From NCBI GenBank assembly GCA_047617785.1, contig JBLGBK010000001.1, positions 65,638 to 129,637 of the forward strand: a stretch of DNA of 64,000 nt. The letters are read 5' to 3'. A model generated the notes under the pieces. That model saw only the letters and a list, made by a program, of their open reading frames with translations. It made no database searches and was not told where the DNA came from. Below, piece by piece: positions 57,473-64,000 of this stretch. This DNA comes from Colwellia polaris. Its GTDB lineage: Archaea > Nanohalarchaeota > Nanosalinia > Nanosalinales > Nanosalinaceae. The position numbers and the translations under genes are program-made. Position 1 is the first letter of the stretch. The number at the start of each line of letters is the position of its first letter.

Positions 57473-57576
57473 CGCTTACCGTGTTTTCCAAATACGTTTG
57501 AAATCCTTTTAAACTCATCGAATACGAATAGGGATACAGTAAAAAAATCTTCTAGTATACTACATACAATATAACA

Positions 57577-60066
57577 ATGATCAACCTAGACAGCGATAGA
57601 GTTAAAGAGGAACTTGAATTGGAAACGTGGAAAAAAAGATGGGCTCTACTGGCTGTTATACCCATAACACTTCTAGCCTTCGGTCTGCGATACCTGCCGG
57701 CAGGTGAAATGGAGCGTCTTCAGGCACTTGACCCTTACTTCTTGGAGAGACTGTCTCAGCAGATTGCATACAGCGGAGGTCTTCCACCAGTTGACTTCCT
57801 GAGCTATTTCCCTTACTCTCTTCCGACCTATATTGTTGATCAGGGAATGGTATGGATACCAGCTCTACTACATAACGCCGGGCTTGGAATATTTTTCGAC
57901 AGCTATGTTGAATACGCACAGTTCCTAACTCCTATGTTTGGTGCTCTAACAGTTTTCATTTTCTATTTCATAGGTAAAGAGCTTTTCAATAAGATAACAG
58001 GTGTATCAGCAGCTTTCTTCCTGGCAACGATTCCAGGAGTTATGCGCAGAAGCTCAGCAGGATTTTTCGAGAAAGAAGCACTAGGAGGATTCTTCATGGT
58101 TCTATCGCTATACTTCTTTATCCGAGCCTGGAAATATCGAGAATGGCCTTCCGGAATGATCTCTGGTCTAGCGCTTGGACTTTTCTCAATAAGCTGGGGA
58201 GGAAGCCAGATGACATGGCTACTCTATCCATTGATAGTATTCACTACGATGTTCCTCGATCAGGATATCAGATCACTGATAGTTGCATACACGCCAACGG
58301 TAATCATAGGGGCAGGCGTGGCAGCAGGCATCCAACCTGGAAGCTGGGCAACAAGCTCTCTAGTACTTGGTAACTTCGCACTCCTTGCATTCCTCTGGAG
58401 TCGTTACCTGATAGGAGAGTTCTCACTTATGAAAGAGGAATATCATCCGTACTACGTACCTCTAACATCAATAATCGGGTTCATATTCGTCCACTTCTCA
58501 GCACTTTACTCAGACTTTATAGCACGGAAATACATCCAGTTGAGAGGTAAGATAAACGCAGGCAGTGGCTCCGTAGTTGGACAAACTGTTGCAGAGAACG
58601 CAGGACTAACAGTGCAGCAACTTTCCTCACAGCTAAACACGCTTTATGCCGGAGCTGTAAATCCTACTCTAGGAGCACTTTCCAGCATAGTTGGTACATG
58701 GCCACTAGCATTTATCGGAGTATCTCTTCTCGGCACAACAGTTATCTTAATGCTTGGAAGAAGATTTGATCTTGTCAACAAAGATATCAGCAGCGATTAC
58801 TACCTTGGCGCATTCCTATCAACATTCTTCGTATGGCTGGTAGCATTCTCGCTATTCTTCCCACAGAACCCTATTTCCGCCATCCTGCCTTCAACAGTGG
58901 TTGTTATCGCCGGAAGTATATTCTACTACTTCGTAGTCGATCCCGACACCTCAATAGAGATCACACAGAGATGGTACCTGCTAATCCCATTCTTCTGGGC
59001 TATAACCAATATACTTGGCGCATCCAGCAGGTCGCGGCTAATATTCCTAGCATCCTTCCCGGTAGCATTTATGTCAGGCTACACAGTTTCAAGAGCAATT
59101 AACTATGTCAGAGAATACGATCTAAGTAACCTGACAGATAGAGCTGAAGGTAGAGAATTAACAATAGGTATCATAACCGCTATCACCGTAATAATGGTTA
59201 TGATAAGCGCATCAGCAGGATATGCCTCTGTCCAGAGTATAAGCGAGAGCCCTAATTCTGCATGGATGGAAAGCCTGAACTACCTAGAGAACGAAACACA
59301 GCCCGACGAAGTTGTGCTTTCATGGTGGGACTACGGATACCACATCGAAACAATCGGAGAAAGATCAGCAGTAGCAGATGGAGGGAATCGGCGTTTCATG
59401 ACAGATCAGGGCGGAGAGAATCTTCCTCCAAACATCGCCGACTTCTTCACCTCTAATGGTTCAGATACCTCCTTCCTCGGAAAGCATTCTGTTGATTATC
59501 TGATACTGGATCAGCCGATGATAGGTAAGTACGGAGCTGTAAGCCAGATTGCAAACAGAGAAAGTCCTTCAGATGCAGTTTCTCTGCTCTCATTCAGCAC
59601 TCAGGATGTAAGCTCTGATACTGCGCTCAACAGCCAGACTGGAGAAGGAACCACAACTCTCAGAAACTCGCAGACAGGCTATACTCTTAACGTGCCTGTA
59701 AACGTAACCCGGGTAGGTCAGACTCAACTAACTGAGATATCTGGTCCTCCACAGCTAGCTCAAGGTAACAAACCTCGTGTTGGCTGCATGATTGAGGATG
59801 ACGGAACCATCCATAACTTCGAAGGTGTTAGCAATAACGTTGGAAGTCTTGGAAATTATTGTGTAGCTGAAGACCCTATATTTACATTGAGCAGAGGTAT
59901 GACCTATCAGTCTCAAGGATCAGTAGTACTTGTTCCTAGAGACCTTGCAGATACAGTTTTCATCCAGTTGATGTTCGGAGATGGAGAACAGCTTGAATGG
60001 GCTGAAAAAGTCGAACAAGGTTCAAACGGGTACATCCAGCTATGGGAGATAGATAGAGAGGAGTAG
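57577..60066 (+). CDS. aglB: Oligosaccharyltransferase AglB (STT3)
   Basis: DPY, RS.AGF.EKE, TVAE, WWDYG and M.GK motifs. Confidence 0.95.
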   Translation: MINLDSDRVKEELELETWKKRWALLAVIPITLLAFGLRYLPAGEMERLQALDPYFLERLSQQIAYSGGLPPVDFLSYFPYSLPTYIVDQGMVWIPALLHNAGLGIFFDSYVEYAQFLTPMFGALTVFIFYFIGKELFNKITGVSAAFFLATIPGVMRRSSAGFFEKEALGGFFMVLSLYFFIRAWKYREWPSGMISGLALGLFSISWGGSQMTWLLYPLIVFTTMFLDQDIRSLIVAYTPTVIIGAGVAAGIQPGSWATSSLVLGNFALLAFLWSRYLIGEFSLMKEEYHPYYVPLTSIIGFIFVHFSALYSDFIARKYIQLRGKINAGSGSVVGQTVAENAGLTVQQLSSQLNTLYAGAVNPTLGALSSIVGTWPLAFIGVSLLGTTVILMLGRRFDLVNKDISSDYYLGAFLSTFFVWLVAFSLFFPQNPISAILPSTVVVIAGSIFYYFVVDPDTSIEITQRWYLLIPFFWAITNILGASSRSRLIFLASFPVAFMSGYTVSRAINYVREYDLSNLTDRAEGRELTIGIITAITVIMVMISASAGYASVQSISESPNSAWMESLNYLENETQPDEVVLSWWDYGYHIETIGERSAVADGGNRRFMTDQGGENLPPNIADFFTSNGSDTSFLGKHSVDYLILDQPMIGKYGAVSQIANRESPSDAVSLLSFSTQDVSSDTALNSQTGEGTTTLRNSQTGYTLNVPVNVTRVGQTQLTEISGPPQLAQGNKPRVGCMIEDDGTIHNFEGVSNNVGSLGNYCVAEDPIFTLSRGMTYQSQGSVVLVPRDLADTVFIQLMFGDGEQLEWAEKVEQGSNGYIQLWEIDREE

Positions 60067-60070
60067 AATA

Positions 60071-61108
60071 ATGATTGATCTTCTGATATTATCACTAGCA
60101 GTAGCAGGAGGTCTAATCTCTACTCTTATCCTTACTCCCTACGCAAGGACTTATCTAGGTAAATCAGGCATCTATGGGGTCGATCAGCAGAAGGAAGCAC
60201 GACCTAAAGTTGCTACTTCTGGAGGATTAGCTGTTCTAGGTGGATTTATATTTATTACAACAATTATACTTGGTCTAACCGGTTTGCTAGATCTCTATAT
60301 AATCGAACCTCGGTTTATTCTGGCAGGACTATGTTCTAGCCTGATAATCGCATTAATCGGCTTCATAGACGACATACATATTGCTCAAGACGAAGAAGTA
60401 AACATTGAATCGGTTCCAGGAGACGATCTTATTCACCGAGAAGGGCTTGGAAAAGCTGTGAAGATGTTAATGGTTCTGCCAGCAGCACTGCCACTGATTG
60501 TTGTAGGTGCTGGAACCAGAATAATGAATCTTCCGTTCATAGGAACTGTCGACTGGGGTCTTTTGTATCCTCTAGTATTGCTCCCTGTCGGTATGCTGTT
60601 TGTCTCTAACGTTGTAAATATGCTTGAAGGAATGAATGGTCTGGGAGCCGCTATGAGCTCTATAACCGCGTTTACACTTGGCGTTTATAGCCTGATGAAT
60701 GGTCAGATAGGTGCTGCAGTGCTTGCTTTCGCACTTGGAGGCAGCCTACTAGGATTCCTGAGATATAACTTCTATCCTGCATCTATTCTTCCAGGAGATT
60801 CTCTAACATATCTATGCGGAGCAGTACTATTTGCAGTTATAGTTTTAGGTAATATCGAGAAATTTGCGATACCTGTATTTACACTATACTTCGTAGAGTT
60901 CTTACTGAAGGCTAGAAACAAGTTTGACGCGCATTCCTGGGGGTTGCTGAACAACGACGGTACGTTAACACCGCAGCATGAGAAGAATTATTCACTTACT
61001 CATCCTTTGATGAGAAGAGGTTTTACTGAGCCCGGTATCACCGTTGCGCTGTCAGCGGTGCATCTAGTGATATGTATTGGTTCTTTAATCCTTTTCGCCT
61101 TCTTCTGA
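60071..61108 (+). CDS. UDP-GlcNAc:dolichol-phosphate GlcNAc-1-P transferase (AglH/DPAGT1-like, GT4/MraY family)
   Basis: GVD..K, GG, GFIDD, N.VNML.G.NGL and YNFYPA.I.PGD motifs. Confidence 0.85.
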   Translation: MIDLLILSLAVAGGLISTLILTPYARTYLGKSGIYGVDQQKEARPKVATSGGLAVLGGFIFITTIILGLTGLLDLYIIEPRFILAGLCSSLIIALIGFIDDIHIAQDEEVNIESVPGDDLIHREGLGKAVKMLMVLPAALPLIVVGAGTRIMNLPFIGTVDWGLLYPLVLLPVGMLFVSNVVNMLEGMNGLGAAMSSITAFTLGVYSLMNGQIGAAVLAFALGGSLLGFLRYNFYPASILPGDSLTYLCGAVLFAVIVLGNIEKFAIPVFTLYFVEFLLKARNKFDAHSWGLLNNDGTLTPQHEKNYSLTHPLMRRGFTEPGITVALSAVHLVICIGSLILFAFF

Positions 61109-61462
61109 TCGGTTATACGGATCTTCTATCCTCTCTATATCATCGGGACGGTATGGGAAGGATATCTCTAGTATTTCCGCAACTTTGTTGTCGATATTCT
61201 GTATTTGGTGCTCTTCACCTGGGTTTACAGTTACGGCTTCGCCTTTGACTAGTTCTTTCATTCCTTCTTCAGTTCTAAGTACGGCAGCGCCTTTTTCCAG
61301 GTAGATGATGTCTTCTTGCTTGCTGTGTTTTGCGTAAGATGTTATTTCATCTCCATTGATGACCAGTCTTCTGATTCCTAGCATCCCTGACTGGCCTTCT
61401 ACTTCTACCTGCGTTACAAGAACTTGTTCTTCGTATCCCCAAGGCTTCTCTATTCTGCCCAT
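61085..61462 (-). CDS. Cupin protein (mannose-6-phosphate isomerase type II C-terminal-like)
   Basis: EKPWG.E, S...H....E, H.I.N and LEIS.P...DDI.R.ED.Y.R motifs. Confidence 0.8.
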   Translation of the reverse strand: MGRIEKPWGYEEQVLVTQVEVEGQSGMLGIRRLVINGDEITSYAKHSKQEDIIYLEKGAAVLRTEEGMKELVKGEAVTVNPGEEHQIQNIDNKVAEILEISFPYRPDDIERIEDPYNRSEEGEKD

Positions 61463-61515
61463 AAGGAGATATTAGAGTTTTAATCTCTTATAATTGACTT
61501 CTTACAGCTTGAAAA

Positions 61516-62382
61516 TCAGGATTTCAACGCATTTTCCAGTTCCTGTTTGTCTGGTAGTGCCTCCATCGCACCTGTTTCAGTAGTTGATAGAGATCCTGCA
61601 TGTACTGCCTTGCGTGTAGCTGTTTCCACTCCTTCATGCCTGTGAGCCAGGTATGCTCCTGCAAGAGCATCCCCTGCGCCCGTAGTGTCTTTCACATCTA
61701 CTTCAGGTGGTTTCTCGGTGTACGTGTTGCCTTCTGTGAGAACTTCAACTCCTTCCGATCCCTTGCTTGCAACTACTTCATCAACCTTGTCAAGTACATG
61801 CTCTTTACCTCCTAGCTGGCCGAGTTCGTCTTCAGCCGCGAAAAGAATGTCTGTGTGCTCTACTATCTGTTTCAGTCTGTTGAGGTATCTTTCGTTTAAC
61901 AGGCCTTCTCTCAAGTTGGGATCGAAACTCACCTTCGCGTCTGTTCTCTGTACTGTTCGTATTATGTTGGCGGCAGTTTCCGGATGTGTAAGGGGTAGCG
62001 ATCCGATATGTATGATATCGTGATGGTGTTCAATCTGGTCTTCTTCGATTATTTTGTCTGCCCCTCTGTTGAAGCTGAATTCTGGTTCTGCATCGCCGTT
62101 TAATGCTACGAAAGCTAGCGTTGTCTTGTTTTCAGTTGAGCGTTGTACGTTTGACACGTTTACACGTTCTTTTCTGAGTCTGTTAACCAAGAAGTCGCCG
62201 AAGTAATCGTCACCTACGGTTGCTGTCATGTGGCTATCTGCCCCTAGTCTTGAGGCTGCTACTGCTACGTTTGCTGGTGCGCCTCCGGCTGTTTTCTGGA
62301 ATTTGTGGTTTTCTGCAAGTCCTTTTTCGTGTTGGCCGATCATGTCGACCAGTAGTTCTCCGATACAGTTTATTCGAACGAT
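61516..62382 (-). CDS. PfkB-family carbohydrate kinase (fructokinase-like)
   Basis: CIGELLVD, GGAPANVA, VG.D.FG, SFDPNLR and DTTGAGD motifs. The conserved N-strand lies upstream of the first ATG (62343). Confidence 0.9.
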   Translation of the reverse strand: MVRINCIGELLVDMIGQHEKGLAENHKFQKTAGGAPANVAVAASRLGADSHMTATVGDDYFGDFLVNRLRKERVNVSNVQRSTENKTTLAFVALNGDAEPEFSFNRGADKIIEEDQIEHHHDIIHIGSLPLTHPETAANIIRTVQRTDAKVSFDPNLREGLLNERYLNRLKQIVEHTDILFAAEDELGQLGGKEHVLDKVDEVVASKGSEGVEVLTEGNTYTEKPPEVDVKDTTGAGDALAGAYLAHRHEGVETATRKAVHAGSLSTTETGAMEALPDKQELENALKS

Positions 62383-63263
62383 TGTCGTACACCCTCCAGG
62401 TATTGTCTTACGTCTTCGATTTCGTCTTCTTTTTCTCCATCTGCCAGTTCTCCTGCTACTACTCGTCCTTCAGGTTTGTCAAGTCCGAGTTGTACAAGTT
62501 CTTCGATGCTCGCAGGGTTTCCTGGCATTGTCAGCTGGTTTAGAACCCAGCCGGTAGTATGATGTTCAGGGTTAGAGTCTCCTACGTAGAGTGTGGCTTC
62601 GTCGACTTTTTCTCGAGCGCGTTCTACTGTTGGTCCAACTGCCACACCGAACCCGTCGGTTTCATGTGCAAGTCTTATTGCCTCGATATCTCCGTTGCTG
62701 TCGCCGGTGTATACTAGTTCTTGTGGGTCTCTCTGGAGTTCTTCGTTATAGAACTGTTGCAAGTTGTCTCTTTTCTCTCCCTGCCCATTGTAGAATCTTT
62801 CCTGATCTTGATGATTGAAATCACCTGCGATTATATCTTTGAAATGGCCGTTAGTCTGTGCTTTTGCTACAGGATGGTAGCCTGCTGTTGAGAGGATGTT
62901 TAGTGCATCCTGTTGGGCTCTGTATTCCAGGAATGCTTCAAAACCTGTTCTTGAGGGTATGTCCAGATCATGTCGTTTTTCTTCGGCGTATTCTGCGAAC
63001 TCCGGATTGTGATATAGAAATGTGACGAGCTGGTTGCTGTGTCCTCGTGGCATATCTTCGTCTACAGCTTCTACGAGTTCCTCGAACTGATTTTGGTCGA
63101 ACTCTCCATTGTTTGGTAGAGTTTCTTCACTAATTGAATCTGGTATATATTGAAACTCTCCTTCGTAGTCTGCTGCAGCTTGCATTAGTAGGTAGCCGGA
63201 GTCGTGTGGGGTTACTGTGTTGTCCCAGTCTGTTGCGTAATCTCTTGTTTCTACTTCGCTCAT
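62370..63263 (-). CDS. HAD-superfamily hydrolase-like protein
   Basis: TDWDNT motif I, STAG, K and YTGDSNGD motif IV. Confidence 0.7.
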   Translation of the reverse strand: MSEVETRDYATDWDNTVTPHDSGYLLMQAAADYEGEFQYIPDSISEETLPNNGEFDQNQFEELVEAVDEDMPRGHSNQLVTFLYHNPEFAEYAEEKRHDLDIPSRTGFEAFLEYRAQQDALNILSTAGYHPVAKAQTNGHFKDIIAGDFNHQDQERFYNGQGEKRDNLQQFYNEELQRDPQELVYTGDSNGDIEAIRLAHETDGFGVAVGPTVERAREKVDEATLYVGDSNPEHHTTGWVLNQLTMPGNPASIEELVQLGLDKPEGRVVAGELADGEKEDEIEDVRQYLEGVRQSFE

Positions 63264-63332
63264 CGTAATACCTCGTAATATGTTATGATGTATTACCTTA
63301 CTTAGTATTTAAAACCTACCGGAACACATACA

Positions 63333-63767
63333 TTGGATATGAACGGAAGTTTCCTCAGAGACGTCTTAACCGGCGAATCAAGAGCATACGGCTTTACAAT
63401 CGCTTTCTGGGGATCCGGTCAAGCACTTGCATACCACGCCACATCAATAGCACCTGCCAACGTTTTCTCATACGGTCTAGGAGCTGTAACTGGCTTCAGC
63501 ATCATGGCCTTCTTCGCATTCAGAGAAGCACTACAGCCAGCCAAATACGAGAAATCTGAATACATGGTCATGAGCATGATGCATTATCTAGCCGCTTTGC
63601 TTCCAATTGCATTAGCTTACCTCTACGGAAACTACATGAGCGGTAACGCATTATTCTTCGCAACCGGTGCTTCAGTATCACTAACCTACAACATTGCAAT
63701 GGTGCTGGAAGAGCTGTTTTCAGAAGAAGCTAGAGAGATCGAATCAAACTTAATGCAGCGTTTATGA
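63333..63767 (+). CDS. Four-TM membrane protein
   Basis: ES.AYGFTI..WG motif and hydrophobic segments. Confidence 0.65.
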   Translation: MDMNGSFLRDVLTGESRAYGFTIAFWGSGQALAYHATSIAPANVFSYGLGAVTGFSIMAFFAFREALQPAKYEKSEYMVMSMMHYLAALLPIALAYLYGNYMSGNALFFATGASVSLTYNIAMVLEELFSEEAREIESNLMQRL

Positions 63768-64000
63768 AATATCAACCCATTCTCCGCCATAAATGTAGCC
63801 ATTGATACGGTCATCCTTAGTGAGATGTTTGAATACTTCTACAAGATCAGTCTCTGCTTTATCATCTACAACCGAAAAGATCTCTGGTTCTAAAATGTAC
63901 GTTCCTGCGTTGATCAGCTTGGTTGCAGGCTTGCTTGGCTTTTCTTCGAAGCCCATGACCTTCTGACCCTTCAAGGTTATTACTCCATACTGCGATGCAT
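63762..64000 (-). CDS. C-terminal part of a sugar-phosphate nucleotidyltransferase (runs off the window)
   Basis: YGV......V.GF.EKP, INAGTYI and W.DI. The frame is open to the window end. Confidence 0.85.
   Translation of the reverse strand, partial: ASQYGVITLKGQKVMGFEEKPSKPATKLINAGTYILEPEIFSVVDDKAETDLVEVFKHLTKDDRINGYIYGGEWVDIS

Noticed and set aside
1-64000. CRISPR arrays, transposases, rRNA genes, defence systems
   Set aside because: No regularly spaced repeats or recognisable signatures were found by eye.

Overview
Archaeal chromosomal window, most consistent with a DPANN Nanohaloarchaeota-like organism. This is an inference from the acidic proteome at moderate GC, archaeal-type ribosomal proteins, short intergenic gaps and many apparently leaderless genes. 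The core is the archaeal uL3-to-secY ribosomal protein cluster (about 11.1-26.7 kb, minus strand) with DUF106 and cbf5. Also present: cmk-archease-rtcB (with a 476-aa LAGLIDADG intein), pelota, HtrA, dph2, uL16, aMBF1, NAC, secF/secD, aglB plus an AglH/GPT-type transferase, two sugar-nucleotide clusters, three tRNAs (Ser-TGA, Asp-GTC, Ser-GCT) and a 55-aa histone-fold gene missed by the ORF track. No CRISPR array, integrase or transposase was seen. The best candidates for something undescribed are: (i) a cluster of uncharacterised surface and membrane proteins at 0.07-5.7 kb, two of which share a Cys-containing domain; (ii) a highly structured 176-nt non-coding element, flanked by 12-bp direct repeats, inside the r-protein cluster, plus a structured rpl3 leader and a shared CACCCT-TATA promoter motif; (iii) an unassigned ~130-nt structured RNA candidate upstream of nac; (iv) apparent pseudo-enzymes (a His-less PEP-synthase-like protein and a motif-less GlmU-like paralogue). 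All assignments were made by eye from motifs; no searches were run.
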